DNA of 63,908 bases from Octopus sinensis (lineage: Eukaryota): the NCBI RefSeq assembly GCF_006345805.1, contig NC_042998.1, positions 155,992,001-156,055,908 on the forward strand, in the 5' to 3' direction. A program made the translations under genes and the position numbers. Shown here piece by piece: positions 12,763 through 28,624 of this stretch. The notes beneath the pieces are model-generated. The model worked only from the letters and a program-made list of their open reading frames with translations. It did no database searches and was not told where the DNA came from. The first letter of the stretch is position 1, and each line of letters opens with the position of its first letter.

Positions 12763-13266
12763 AAGGTGGCCAGCTGGCAGAAATGCTAGCATACCAGCCA
12801 AAATGTTTAAAGAATTTCGTGTGTCTTTACGTATGTTGATTCTTATCTGTCCTAAACAATTTTTGGTAGCATGAGTGACTGTGTGGTAAGTAGCTTGCTT
12901 ACCAGCCACATGATTCCGGGCTCATTCCCAATGCATGGTCTACTATTATAACCTCAGGACAACCAAAGCCTTGTGAGTGGATTTGGTTGACAGAAACTGA
13001 AAGAAGCCTGTTGAATATATGTGTATATATATATATATGTGTGTGTGCGTGTGTGTGTGTGTGTGTTTGTGTTTGTCTCGCCAACATCGCTTGACAACCA
13101 ATGGTGGTGTGTTTATGTCCCCGTAACTTGACGGTTCAGTAAAGAAGACACTGATAGAATAAGTACTAGGATTACAAAAAAAAGTCTTGGGGGTCGATTT
13201 GCTTGACTACAGACGGTGCTCCAGCATAGCCGCAGTCAAATGACTGAAACAAGTAAAAGTGAGAAT
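12763..13266 (+). mobile_element. Nested SINEs: family C head (aaggtggccagctggcagaa) followed by family A
   Basis: Matches the reverse complement of 39755-39972 and the 2240 SINE respectively. Confidence 0.7.
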
Positions 13267-13322
13267 ATAAATGTATATATATATGTGTATATGTATATAC
13301 ACATATATATATATATATATAT

Positions 13323-13680
13323 ATCATCATTATTTAGCGTCCGCTTTCCATGCTAGCATGGGTTGGACGGTTCAACTGGGGGTCTGTGAAGCCAGAAGGC
13401 TGCATCAGGCCCAGTCATATCTGGAAGTGTTTCTACGGCTTGATGCCCTTCCTAACGCCAACCACTCCGTGAGTGTAATGGGTGCTTTTTACGTGCCACC
13501 CGCACAGGTGCCAGACGGAGCTGGCAGACGGACACGGACGGATGGTGCTTTTTACGTGCCACCGGCACGGGGGCCAGGCGAGGCTGGCAACGGCCACGAT
13601 CGGATGGTGCTTTTTACGTGCCACCAGCACTGAGGCCAGTCGGGGCGGCGCTGGCAACGGCCACGATCGGATGGTTCGCT
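13323..13680 (-). mobile_element. RTE 3' UTR fragment with tandem hairpin units
   Basis: catcatt...tttagcgtccgctttccatgctagcatgggttggacg followed by ggtgcttttacgtgccacc units. Confidence 0.8.
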
Positions 13681-14010
13681 TTATATATATATATATGTAT
13701 ATGTATATATTTAAATATATATATATATTGTATATATGTATGTATATATATATGTACATATGTATATATATAATATATATTATATATATATTATATATAT
13801 GTATATCTTTACATATATATATGCATATATGTGTATATATATGTGTATGTAGATATGTTTATGTATATGTATATATATATACATATTATATATATATATA
13901 TACATTTATAAATATACATAATATATGTATAATATATATATACATATATATGTATATATCTATATGTACATATATATGTATATTTATGTATATAAATATG
14001 TATATTTATG

Positions 14011-14061
<51 letters not shown>

Positions 14062-14725
14062 ATAAGTATATGTATAATAATATAGGGTGAAATTAATTAA
14101 TTTGGAATAATCATTAATTTCACCAAGTAGATTTCGGCATGTAAAAGCCCCATTCAAGGAAGGTTTAAGTAATACTAAGTAATTAAAAGTAGAAAGAATA
14201 GCCATAACTCTTTGACTGCTATTTCTAAATTCGGTGTGTGGTGAGGCAAATCGTTGCTAAACCCTTAATTACTAAGTATATGTATATATATATATATATA
14301 ATGTATATATATGTGTGTATATGTATATGTATCCATATGTATACATACGTATATGTGTGTATGTATATGTCTATGCATATATGTATGTATATGTGTATAG
14401 ATATATGTAAATGTATATATAAGTATATATTTATATATGTAAATATATATAAATCTCTCTCTATTTATATTTATAGGTAGATAGATATAGATATACATAT
14501 ATGTTTACGTATACGCTTACATACATATAATACACACCCGCACATGCTGACGAATAATATTCATATCTTTGTAATAAAATGTGTGCGCTCACACACAGAG
14601 AAATATATGTATTGTGTGAGCAGGTAAGAATTATATCTAAGGTTATATTTATGTATATGTGTATGTATGTATGTGTATACATATATCACCTTGAATATAA
14701 TTCTTAAATATAATTAATACATATA

Positions 14726-14761
<36 letters not shown>

Positions 14762-14765
14762 TGTA

Positions 14766-14864
<99 letters not shown>

Positions 14865-14975
14865 ATGTATGTATGTATGTATGTATGTATGTATGTATGT
14901 ATGTATGTATAAGTGTGTGTGAACATGTAAGAATTATATTTAGTAATACATGCATCCATACACAATATATATATA

Positions 14976-15010
<35 letters not shown>
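13681..15010. repeat. Microsatellite tracts (TA)n, (TATG)n, (TG)n upstream of the Egr promoter
   Basis: Includes a pure (TG)n run at about 14770-14848, with short non-repetitive gaps between tracts. Confidence 0.85.
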
Positions 15011-15011
<1 letters not shown>

Positions 15012-15458
15012 GGAAATACTTGATAACAGTTAATATAAATATTTTCCCAAGGAGATGTAACAACACAGTAAAGAATACATTTTCCATAATTGTAAATCTC
15101 ATTCACGCTATCGAATCATTCAGTTGTTCTAATATTAAATACCGAGCCATTTTGAAGATAGCTCTCTTCCTTGATCACTCCTCTCATCATCCAAGCGATT
15201 CTCTTATTATTTCTGTTTGCCTATCTAGATAGATAGTCTCTTAGTTTATCTTCACGCCTTCGCCAACTAAGTCCTATTGATAATACTGTTATTGTTGATA
15301 GAGGTAATGATAGTAGCAGCAGCTATAGTAGCAGTAGTAGTAGTAGTGTAACAATAACAAATGAAAAAGTACACAAATTTAATAGTCGGTAAATCTCGAT
15401 AATTTTCGTAGACCAATATTAACTGCCGGCATTTGCCGAACATTCTCGTGAGTTCATA

Positions 15459-15480
15459 CCATATATGGGCACCACTTCCG
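15459..15480. promoter_or_regulatory. Serum-response-element-like unit: CArG box CCATATATGG (15459-15468) plus ETS site (CGGAAGT, minus strand, 15474-15480)
   Basis: Exact CC(A/T)6GG match with an adjacent GGAA core, upstream of an Egr gene. Confidence 0.8.
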
Positions 15481-15540
15481 ATGTAGTGGAGCGTCATGAC
15501 CATTGCGGAATTCGTTCGGTAAAGTATGACATTCCTTGTG

Positions 15541-15550
15541 CCATATATGG
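15541..15550. promoter_or_regulatory. CArG box 2 (CCATATATGG)
   Basis: Exact match, identical to CArG 1; TTCCT at 15532-15536 just upstream. Confidence 0.8.
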
Positions 15551-15806
15551 TAATTTTCGAGGTAGTACTGCAAAGGTCACGATCTCTAACGTAATTCATA
15601 GTGCCTAGTCTTCCCCACAGATTTTTTGAATTTTGTCCTATTTTGAGATGTGAAATAACATTTAGTGAAATAAAGATGATTTCTTTTGGTAGGGAGTAGT
15701 CAAGTTATCGCTAGATAAGAACTGTGCACAATTTTCTAGCGTATGGAAGCTGCTGGTAACAAAAGAATTATGACCTATTTTCGTTACTAAACAAGAGATT
15801 CCAACA

Positions 15807-15814
15807 TTACGTCA
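15807..15814. promoter_or_regulatory. CRE/ATF-like site TTACGTCA
   Basis: 7/8 match to TGACGTCA; a half site CGTCA also occurs at 15492-15496. Confidence 0.6.
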
Positions 15815-15830
15815 CAATATCTCGTTGCTG

Positions 15831-15835
15831 ATTGG
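15831..15835 (-). promoter_or_regulatory. CCAAT box (ctgATTGGctg)
   Basis: NF-Y-like context about 55 bp upstream of the TATA box. Confidence 0.55.
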
Positions 15836-15847
15836 CTGTTCACTTCT

Positions 15848-15857
15848 CCATATTTGG
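15848..15857. promoter_or_regulatory. CArG box 3 (CCATATTTGG)
   Basis: Exact CC(A/T)6GG match about 30 bp upstream of TATA. Confidence 0.8.
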
Positions 15858-15885
15858 TGTTTAAGCGTTCATTCATACGCTATAG

Positions 15886-15891
15886 TATAAA
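15886..15891 (+). promoter_or_regulatory. TATA box (TATAAA) of egr
   Basis: About 170 bp upstream of the ATG, directly downstream of the CArG/CCAAT cluster. Confidence 0.7.
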
Positions 15892-16059
15892 TGAACTTTT
15901 CATTCATAGATTTTGCCAATAGATCTTGAGAGTCACGTTATGATATGATGTGTAGAAAAACGCTGGCAAGCTAAGTTTATTGAGTCGTGGCAAAAGCTTG
16001 TGAGTTAAACCGAGATTTTCTTCACTGTATACACAGCTAAGGTTATTACCTCAACCGGT

Positions 16060-16273
16060 ATGATTATGGAAGGCCTGGATACACTAACGCAGGTCGCTCT
16101 TGCTGATCAGCTCAGCTTTGATAACTTTCACTCGTCTCCAACTACTTTGAGTAACATCGGACGAATACCACCTGAAACTATGGATGATTCTCTTAATACA
16201 CCCGTCACTACATCATCGGAAACAACATTTTTTGGTTCTGATACATGTGAACCAGTACCCATAACTGCTACTG
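16060..16273 (+). CDS. egr: Early growth response protein, coding exon 1
   Basis: ATG 16060, MIMEGLDTLTQVAL...PITAT plus 1 nt, then donor GTATGT at 16274. Phase 1 matches the acceptor at 26685/26686 (g+ca = Ala). Confidence 0.85.
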
Positions 16274-17011
16274 GTATGTCTATTCGTAACTATTTTGTAA
16301 AACGTAAAGTTTATTTTAAAACTAGTTCTATGTGATTTTAATCTTGCGTGTATACATGTGTATGTGTGTGTGTATTTTTGTGTCTTCTATATTATTTTAC
16401 ATATACTGTTCATGTGTGTTACAGTATATTTATATTTGTGTAAGCGTATCTACGTTAACTTCAGTTATTTTACGCGCTTTACGTTCGTACTTAAATAAGT
16501 ATAAGCGAGACAAATGTATTTATCATTGTATCTGAGATATTGTTTATAATATTGTGTGTGAAAACAGAAGAAAGGTTAAGATTACGGAAAAGTTTTACGA
16601 ATCGGTGTTGAAGACAGAGAGACAGAAAACTGGAGGAAAGTAATTTGTGTTATTTATTATCACAGACCAGCTGGATATGAAGTACGCAGATTTTAAATCA
16701 TACAAACGTATGTAAACAATTCTTCCTTAATATTTCCGGATGAATATTTATTTTTAATTAACGAATCTTAAAATTTTTATGGTTTATACCGACAATATTT
16801 ATAATATATGAATGTTATTTACAATATACGCAAACAACTACTTCCAGCTCTGTACACACGTCACTTTAAAAATTTTTCCATTCATCTTTTCATTGAGAAC
16901 TGCCTACGAGTATCGATCGATAACAGAGTACGCTGATGACTCGAGTTACCATCGTAGTGGATAAAAACAACTGTGTTAAGATGAAGGAAAGCTCCTAGCT
17001 TCGAAGAGAAT

Positions 17012-17051
17012 TTATATATATATATATTATCATATATGTATATATAATATA

Positions 17052-17146
<95 letters not shown>

Positions 17147-17317
17147 CATATATGTATATATAATCATATATATATATATTATAATATATATATATATATA
17201 TCTATATATATATATAATATCATATATATATATATATATATATATCATATATGTTATATATATATATCATATATGTATATATATATATCTATATGTATAT
17301 ATATATATATATATTCA

Positions 17318-17349
<32 letters not shown>

Positions 17350-17828
17350 ATCATATATATATATATATTATATTATATATATATATATCATATATGTATA
17401 ATATATATCATATATGTATATATATAATATATATATATATCATATATGTATATATATCATATATGTATATATATCATATATGTATAATATATATATATAT
17501 ATATATATAATATATATATATCATATATGTATATATATATATATATATATATCATATATGTATAATATATCATATATGTATATATATATATATATATCAT
17601 ATAATGTATATATATATATATATATCATATATGTATATTATATCATATATGTATATTATATATATATCATATATGTAATATATCATATATGTATATATAT
17701 ATATATAATCATATATATATATTATCATATATGTATATATATATATATATCATATAGTATATATCATATATGTATATATTATATATATTATATATATATA
17801 TATATATATATCATATATGTATATATCA

Positions 17829-17859
<31 letters not shown>

Positions 17860-17897
17860 CATATATGTATATATATCATATATGTATATATATATCA

Positions 17898-17930
<33 letters not shown>

Positions 17931-18280
17931 CATATATGTATATATATATATATATCATATATGTATGTATATATATATATATATCATATATGTATGTATA
18001 TATATATATATCATCTATGTATGTATATATATATCATATATGTATGTATATATATATATATCATATATGTATGTATAATATATCATATGTATGTATATAT
18101 ATATATATACATATATGTATATATATATATATATATCATATATGTATGTGTATATATATATATATATATCATATATGTATGTGTATATATATATATATAT
18201 ATCATATATGTATGTGTATATATATATATATATATACTATATGTATGTGTATATATATATATATATATATCATATATGTA

Positions 18281-18320
<40 letters not shown>

Positions 18321-18680
18321 AATATATATATATATATATCATATGTATGTTATATATATATCATATATGTATGTATATATATATATATATCATATATGTA
18401 TGTATGTATATATATATATATCATATATGTATGTATGTATATATATATATATCATATATGTATGTATATATATATATCATATATGTATGTATATATATAT
18501 ATATATCATATATGTATGTATATATATATATATCATATATGTATATATATATATATCATATATGTATATATATATATATATCATATATGTATATATATAT
18601 ATATCGTATGTATATATAAATCATATATATGTATGTCATATATATATATATCATATATATATATTTATAGTATATATAAT
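17012..18680. repeat. 1.7-kb intronic compound minisatellite, unit about ATCATATATG(TATG)0-2(TA)n
   Basis: Direct inspection; it produces the 200-300 aa Y/I/C ORFs in the track. Confidence 0.95.
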
Positions 18681-21600
18681 CTATCTATCCATCCATCCAT
18701 ACATATTTTTTTTTACTGTTGTCACTACGGGTAAACCATCTTGTTTCAGACCTCGTGTGTGTGAGATCCGAAACGTATAGTTCCATTCGTAGAAGCAGTA
18801 TTGTGATATAAATATTTAAACTGTGACAATGTCTTTATGTACACATCTCTATCTTTCTCTACATATATGCGCGTGTATGTAAATATACTATTATACACTA
18901 TCTATCTATCTATATGTATGTATATTTTGGAAATTATTACTATAATCAGTTTCTTTTAGATACCGAAATCAGAATATGTTAGCTTTTTTTCAGTTTTGTG
19001 GGGATGGTTGAATGTAAAGTGATAAAGAAAAGAATGATGAAATGACATTTATTTTCGTATGGTGTCCGGTAACACGTTGTGTTGTGTAGTCAGCCGATCT
19101 ACTTTATTTCGTTAGTACACGTTGTACAAACTTCCAGACAACCATATGGACTATCGCTGGAAGTAGTGAGCAGCCTAAATTACTATGGCTACTACTACTA
19201 TCTCTGTAATGGAATGATATAAAAATCAAAAATAGCTGTATTGATATTATTAGCTACAACATACGTTTTCTGACGTCTAAATCGAATCAAGATTGGAAAA
19301 TAAAATTAACGTCAAGCAACCTACTACTACCACTATTTGTAGTAAGTAGTAGTAGTAGTAGTAGTAGTTGTTATTATTATTATTATTTTATCTATTTATT
19401 TTTTGCTTTTCACTTGATTTCCACAATTGGTTTGTTTTGAAACCATTTGAGACCAAGAGTATTTATATTTATCGACCCATGAAGTAATGAACAAAGTAAA
19501 TAGTCCTCAGCTGTATTTGGACCAAAAAAAATTAAATTAAACATTGTCGTCCATTTGTGTGCTTGAAATGTTTGCTTCTAATTTTGGCACAAGGCTAGCA
19601 ATTGTGGGGGAGTATATTAGTCGGTATCATCAACCTCAATTCTTGACTGGTACTTTATTTTATCGATTCCGGAAGAATGAAAGGTTGTGTTGACTTCGGT
19701 TGGGTTTGAAACCAGAACGTATCGAGCTGGAAAAAATACGGCATGACATATTGTTCGATGCTCTCTAATGATGATCGTGTTTTAAAATAAATATTAGCCT
19801 TAGGCAAGAGAAAAAAATATTCGATTAAATCGAGCCCAATATTAATTGGTACAACCCCAGAGGTATGAAAGGCAAAGTAAACCTCAGTAGGATCATATTG
19901 GTACTTTGTCGCACATCTGTAGGGTCGGGTGAGTGTCGTATGAATAAATTCAAGTTTATATCACTGTTACTATTTACTTAGCCGCGGAGGAACGACAGGA
20001 TTTTAATTCAGAAAGTAGAGGGAAGAGGTGTAGTTGAATAGATCGATCTCACTACACAACTGGTGTCTCTTTTATCGATCTTAGACGAAAAGTAAGCCGA
20101 TTTGAACACAGGACTTAAAGAGACGTAACTATTTCCAGTACTTTACTATTGACGTCCATGTCAGGATAATAACAACCCAATATTTATGATAACAATCCTG
20201 TGTAACAAGTTATTAGACAAGCCACGCAAACTGAAAGAAATACAATAACAGTTGGGATTGTGCTAGATGAAGTGAAATGACTATAACTGGGAATCGAATC
20301 GTAACCGCGAACTCGACTCATTGAATCTTTAATACTGATAATTAACCAGCATCTATTATATGAACAATATCATTTACAATTATAAATAAACAATATTGAA
20401 ATTAATATAATGTTGCCATAGTTTATAGATTTTCCTTTTTGGTCTTTTGCCATTTAGTATTTGGCGCAGGCAGTAAGAGACAGAAAAAGAGATACTGAGA
20501 TAGAATGATTGCTATAATTAAAAGAAGGAAGTGTTGCTACTGTAGTTGTCAGTGCTATAACTGCTGATGCTGCTCATTACTACTGTAATGACTTAGACTA
20601 CCGTCAGTAAGGATTCTTCCATTTCGCATCCACCGAACTGTATTTGGTGGAAAGCGAAGAATTTGTTATATTTCGTTATTTGAAGCAAGATCTCTTATTA
20701 ATAACAATACTTATTGACAAAATTAAATTCTTACACTCTCAAGCATATATATATCTTATATATATATACGCACAAAATTCAAGCAACAAAATGTATTCGT
20801 ACTCGAATTCTGCTTTCGTGTCCCGTCAAGCAGAGGTCTTCAAATTTGCAGTTATTATAAAGCATACACACAACACTTTTATCTTAACCTCTGTGTGTGT
20901 GTATATCCAATATGTGTGTTTTTGTGTTAAATTGAGATTATTTTAAAATTTTGAAGCAAATTTATGAATGACAACGGAATCGGTAGATTATTATAAAATT
21001 TGTATTGGCAGAGACGTTAAGTTAGTTCACCTTTCAGCTTATTCAACCATCATGTATGTGTGTGACCATGTAAATAGTTTGGAAGCCTGTCGAAAGGACA
21101 CCACCTGAAATTCAAAGTGTCATCCTGGTCACAGAATAACTGCTTCTGCTTACAAATTACGTTAAGTGTACACGTGTTTTGTGGAATATTTAATCACTTG
21201 CAAGTTAATTTAAAACGTAGATTGTTTTGGCAAGAGCTTCGAACACTCATTAAACACGAAACGTTGTATCATCATCAGCATCATTACCACTATCATTATC
21301 ATCGTTTTAACATCCACTTTTCTATGGTTGCATGGGTTGGACCCATACGGGCACCGACATGATTGTATGGTAAAGGAGTTTGCTTTCTAAAACCACACGG
21401 CTTCAGGTTCAGCCATACTGTGTGGAACCTTGCTCTAGTGTCTTCTACTATAGTCCCAGATCAAACAAAGCCTTGTGAATAGATTTGGTGGAGGGAAACC
21501 GAAAGGAGCCCGTCTATCTTTGTGTCTCCTCTTGACATCGCTTGGTTGTTGCAAATGAATGTTATGCCTAATATTCTGCAAAAACTGTCTTGTCATAAGA

Positions 21601-22414
21601 CAGCGACAAGAAGGGCATCTGGCCGTAGAAAATCCGTTTCAAGTTCAATACAACCCATGTAAGCATGGAAAAGTAGACAAAACTATGAGGATGCTGATGT
21701 CTGCCCACATACACACACATACAGATCTATATATTTGTGCGTACATACGCACATACACACATACACACACACACATTGAAGCTGACACTTCACGTTTCAG
21801 ATTTTAGCGTTTTTCAAATCATGAAATGAAATAGATTCTTCAGAATTTGTGTGGGATACCGAGACATTAAACTAAAATTTGATGACTCTACAATTGGTAT
21901 CAAGTACTCTTTTTATTTACCCTTACGGGGTTTGCACATATGCACGCTTACATACACATATATACTCAAAGAAACTCATACGCACACACCAACTGTTGTT
22001 AAACATTGGAATCACTGAAGAGCAATAATATATTTTAGACTCACACATATACACTCGTAAACCATACCTGCAACACTAGGTGCAGGTATGGTTGTATGGA
22101 TAGGAAGTTTTCCTCGCAACCACTTAGTTTTGGGTTCAATCCCAATGCATGGAACCTTGGCCTTGGCCAAATCTGTGGCTTATTGTAGACGGAAACCGCA
22201 GGAAATATATCGTGTATGTCTGTATCTATGCACCCACGTATGTATACACACGTGCTCCGAAAACTACTCAAAACATTTTATGATGCTAATTTGGTGTACT
22301 TATTTGGAGCTAAACCTGTAAGACTTCCTTCCATTTCGATTACTCGATTAATTGTAATATTCATACCTATAACACACTTTCACAAACATAAACTTTATTG
22401 AAACTAAATGCTTA

Positions 22415-22457
22415 TCTCGTGATTAGAATTTCACGCCTATGCGATCTTCAGGCGAGA
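22415..22457 (-). ncRNA. Decayed type-I hammerhead motif, antisense in the egr intron
   Basis: Minus strand tctcgc CTGAAGA t CGC atag GCG t GAAA ttctaat C acgaga, then AATAAA 16 nt later. Mismatches at the base of stems I and II. Confidence 0.5.
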
Positions 22458-25189
22458 ACTTAGTTTAATCTAAGTCATGGATTGGGAACCCATCTCTCAT
22501 TTGTTCGGTAGAATTCAACGAATATGTGTGTGTACTATTAAACTATAATACTATAGTTCAATTTAATCCTCAACAGGCTTATATAAAATAGAAAAGTCGT
22601 TAAGCGATGAGCAGGAAATGCAAAGTACAGGTATGGAATTAAAGTCGAAAAGCAATACAATCTTCTGAGATGAATAAGTGAAAGAAGAGATGCGATAAGA
22701 AAGAGTTAAAAGAAATTTAGCTGTAACGTAGGCTGCCACAACTAATAACATCACTAACTGGTGGCAAGCCATACGAACTAGCAACAGAAAAATAAATAAA
22801 CTATATAAAAATGTCGTGTCAAGGTCTTTCTGGTAGTCATACACAGCAAACAGACGATGTCTCTATCTCCTCACTTACTGTCACTTTATCTTTTTCTTTT
22901 TTCTTGACCACACACACACATGTATGTATGTATGTATACACATAGATACATATATACATGTACGTAAGTGTGTATGTATATAACGGGTGAGGGAGGGCAA
23001 ACGAACCGAATCTGTGACCCAGTTTATACAAACGCAAGTATGAATGGCACGACTAGGCTTTACACTTTCACTTACGTCAATAGGTCTGATCATCCATTGA
23101 TAGATAGTCACAAGAGAAAGCAACCGATACATCTGTTTTTGTTTATAAATACTTATATTCTCATACAAACACACATGTATTCTCTTACTCTTTTACTCGA
23201 TTCAGTTATTGGACTATGGCCATCGCGTTTTACTCAATTTGATTACTGTTGTGTACATATTTTATCGATATAGTTGTCTAGTCTCTAGGTTATGCTTCGT
23301 CAAATGTCTCACTTTCACACACGCACACAGAGTAAACAGCGAATTAAAAGCTCTCTAGCTGAAATTATTTGAACAATTACTATGTTACAAGACCCCTTCC
23401 TGTTTCCCCAAAACTCCCTGTAGGGGTCTCTAAGAAACTCAAGGAAGGGACATAACTCAAATATATTTTTCGACGTATATGAATGTGACAAATTCTCGTG
23501 GGCGATTCTGTGTACGCTTTTTCTGTTTCGGATTCATGTTTGTCTAGTGTATATCTTTGTACCTGTCTATTTGTCTGTCCACATACACACACACGCCATA
23601 TGACGAATAACTTCGGAAGTATAGTATATATTTGCCATCATGGGTAATATCAGAAAATATGGCGTACATACAATAATTTTAGTGTAACTTTTATCAAATT
23701 ATTTGGTGCTTTTCAAAATACCGACAGGAATACTAATTACTAATTTTCAAAAAAAAAAAATCTATTACCGAATAAAATTAAAACAAATTTCTCATTTGTA
23801 CAAGTCCTAACCATAATTACTTAGTCCTTTACTCTCTCTCTCCTCCTCCTCTTTTGTCTCTATCATTCTTTCTCTCTACTCATCCTGCACCTATTATGTT
23901 AACTCTCTCTGTATCTCTCTTTTACTCTCTCTATATGATGTAATTGCTATACACATGTATATCTATATTGTATGCTTATATATACATAATATATAAAATA
24001 AACATACATATATGTAATACACATAAACACATATATATTATAACTACCCCTATAATAATTTTGACTCAGCTCCCCACCAGTAATGGGTGACTGACAAAAA
24101 GAAGCATCTATGTTTAACATTGTCAGCTCAATTACAAGTTTTTTCTCGACACCATACCCTGAAGAATCAGCTGTAACTTTGCACAGGAGCTATGAATGGA
24201 GTTAACTATTTTGAATGATTAAGTCTTTAGTGAAGTATATTCAGCCTAAACACTCACACACATGTATGTATAGTATGTGTGTACATATAATAGGTATACA
24301 TGCATACACATGCAATTTATGTTTTACTGTCATAGTAAATCTATATCCGAGGTCGATGTTATTCCTTTTAAGTCTAACAAATAGAGCCATTAATACATTG
24401 TTGTTCAATAGAATTAGGTTTAATTTTTGTCAAAACTGAACTATGATAATCCATGGGAAAGGAAAATATTTTATTGATTAACACTTATAGATATAACAAA
24501 AAAAAACCCCCCAAAAAACAATCCTATAGCTGTACAAAACTATTATTAAGCAAATGGTTGTATTGATTACTGTGGTTTAGCTTTGGAAATTTGTACAGCC
24601 ATCATTTCATTAACACTAGACATAAAATTTTAAAAAATTAATGTCAAAGAGATTTGATAGATTATTTCATAGTAAATATAGTATTCAGTTTTGATACTAT
24701 GTGTTTAAAAACTTTGAAGTTAGGTTTATAAAATAAATACTAGTAATTCTTATTTAAAAGTATTGGTTTGTGCTCAGTCAAAAGCAAACACCAGTTGCTT
24801 TCCAGTATACTTGATTTGGGGAAGGCAGGAATGTAACAACTTATTTTCTCTCACTTATGTTCCAGAAATGTATGTGGAAGAAAATCACAACTTTCATCTG
24901 TTTGTTTTAAATATATTCCATTTTAAATGATATTGTTAATGGGATAATTCACTGGTTTACTACATTTCTGAAAGTTTGTAAATCGATACAGAACAAATAA
25001 CACGTAGAAGCTGAATTTAAAGAGCAATGGTCTTTTGGCATTTTCTTCTCAGTGCTTACATCCTTTGCATGTTAGTGAAAGTTATACATATATACTATCA
25101 AATGTTTTACACACTCTTTCTCACTCACACACGTGTTTGTGTGTATGTTGTGTTTTCCTCTAAACTATGTTAGCTTGGCAAAATAGGCA

Positions 25190-25545
25190 TATGCCTTATA
25201 TATATAAGTGCTGGTGTGGTTTGTGGAACAAGAAGTTTGCTTCCCAACCACATGGGCTGGGTTCAGTCCCACCGTGATGCCTTGGGCCTTGTGAGTGGAT
25301 TTAGTAGAGAGAAGCTGAAAGAAGCCTGTCATGTGTGTGTGTATATATTTATGTTTATTTGCCACCACTTCTTGACAGCTGGTGTTTGTTTGATTATGTT
25401 CCTGTAACTTGGTGGTTCAACAAAAGAAATAGATAAATATTATCAGACCTTAAAAAAATAAGTACTGGAGTCAATTTATTCAACTAAACTCCTCAAGGCA
25501 GTGCCTCAGCATGGCCACAGTCCAGAGACTGAAACAAGTAAAAAA
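25190..25545 (+). mobile_element. SINE family A copy (degenerate); more fragments at about 21360-21510 and 22075-22230
   Basis: Head gctggtgtggtttg...gttcagtcccacc and tail gactgaaacaagtaaaa. Confidence 0.7.
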
Positions 25546-25659
25546 AATAGTAATATATATATATATTTGGTACTTATATATCTACAGTATCCTACCAACA
25601 CCTGATACTGTCATAGTTATTTTACCTCACTGTCATTGTACCTAGCCATTTTTGGCATT

Positions 25660-25920
25660 GTATGTGTTGATGTGTCTGACATGTAAAAAGCACCCAGCAC
25701 ATTTTGCAAAGTGGTTGGTGTTTGGAAGGGCATCCAGCCATAGAGACACTACCAAAACAGACAGATTGTATGTACAGCTCCCTAGCTGGCCAGTTCCTGT
25801 CATACCATCCAACCCATGCATGAAAAACAGTTGTGAAACGAAGATGATGATGATGATGTATTTATCTTTCCTTTTACTGGTTTCAGTGATTAGACTGTAG
25901 CCATGCTGGGGCACTGTCTT
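25660..25920. mobile_element. RTE 3' end (+) abutting a SINE-A tail (-)
   Basis: ...ccaacccatgcatg...gatgatgatgatg followed by tttactggtttcagtgattagactgtagccatgctgg. Confidence 0.6.
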
Positions 25921-26636
25921 GAAGTTAAAATTTGCCAGCAGCTTTTGTTGGTGATACTAAGACCCATAATATCACCAGAGGTCAAATTTGACCTAGCAGT
26001 TCTAAAAATGTATATGACATATACTTTTTGATTTTTACTGGTTACCATTACTAGAATCAGTGGTGACCAGAATCAAAACTTTTGATCACTGATCACTGGT
26101 CTGTGTATATTGATGCTTTCTTCATTGAGAAAGAGAATTAGTATTTACAAGCAGTTGCCTACTCCACTTTTTGGTAACCATGGAGTCTGACTTGCTTGTG
26201 CTGGCTTATTTTCTGAAGTTACTGTAACACATTTTTAGGTAATTTGCAATACTGGAGCCTTGATTCTTTATCATAACAAAGTTGCTATCGTTCATTATTG
26301 TAGCAGTTGGAAAGAGGGCCTCATAAAAACAGTCTTTTTGTTCATTTGTCAGTTGTGATTATAGTGCATATATAGATATACACAGTTGCTGTCATACACA
26401 CTCTAAATAGAATTTACTGATCAAATTACTGAGCAGTTTTCTAGAGTTTTAAAAACAAAGTATTTATTATTATTATTATTTGTTGAAATTTTTAGTCATA
26501 ATTATCTACTTATGAAAAACTTCATTTGGCTGTCTCACTGTCTGAAATACTGTTTCATATAAAAGGCAAAAAATTTAGGATGAGTGGAAATATTTGAGTT
26601 TAACAATTAAATTGGTCTTATTTGTGTAAGATTTGA

Positions 26637-28280
<1,644 letters not shown>

Positions 28281-28297
28281 AATATGAACTTTAGTTA

Positions 28298-28311
28298 AAT
28301 AAATAAATAAA
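28298..28311 (+). terminator. Three overlapping AATAAA signals 18-31 nt after the egr stop
   Basis: aataaataaataaa; whether they are used is unknown, and more AATAAA occur near 29.3 kb. Confidence 0.35.
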
Positions 28312-28540
28312 ACACAAGATGACAAATTCTACTGGAACATTATAAAAATGCATCTCATTGAAATTGACTGTATAAATCAGTTTTAATTAGTATTGCTTTA
28401 CTAATGAAAACTTGATTGCTAAGCAAAAGAAACAAAATTTAGAATATGAAAAATATAAATTGGATTTAATTTTTTAAATGTGAACATGAAATGAGCTCAG
28501 CTTAGAAAAAAATTCAAACATATGTATGTATGTATGTATG

Positions 28541-28624
<84 letters not shown>

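Noticed and set aside
14086-14165. 12-bp perfect hairpin ggtgaaattaat/attaatttcacc with a nearby minus-strand GGC...GCC GAAA
   Set aside because: The CUGANGA core is absent. At most a decayed repeat end that I cannot classify.
16274-16335. C-terminal tail of track ORF 16060-16335 (GMSIRNYFVKRK...)
   Set aside because: Read-through past a strong GTATGT donor into the intron.
16933-16990. CTGATGA in the egr intron as a hammerhead core
   Set aside because: No GAAA or stems at the required positions.
8893-18780. Long Y/I/C/M/H/T-rich ORFs (up to 305 aa)
   Set aside because: These are translations of (TA)n/(TG)n microsatellites, which lack stops in some frames.
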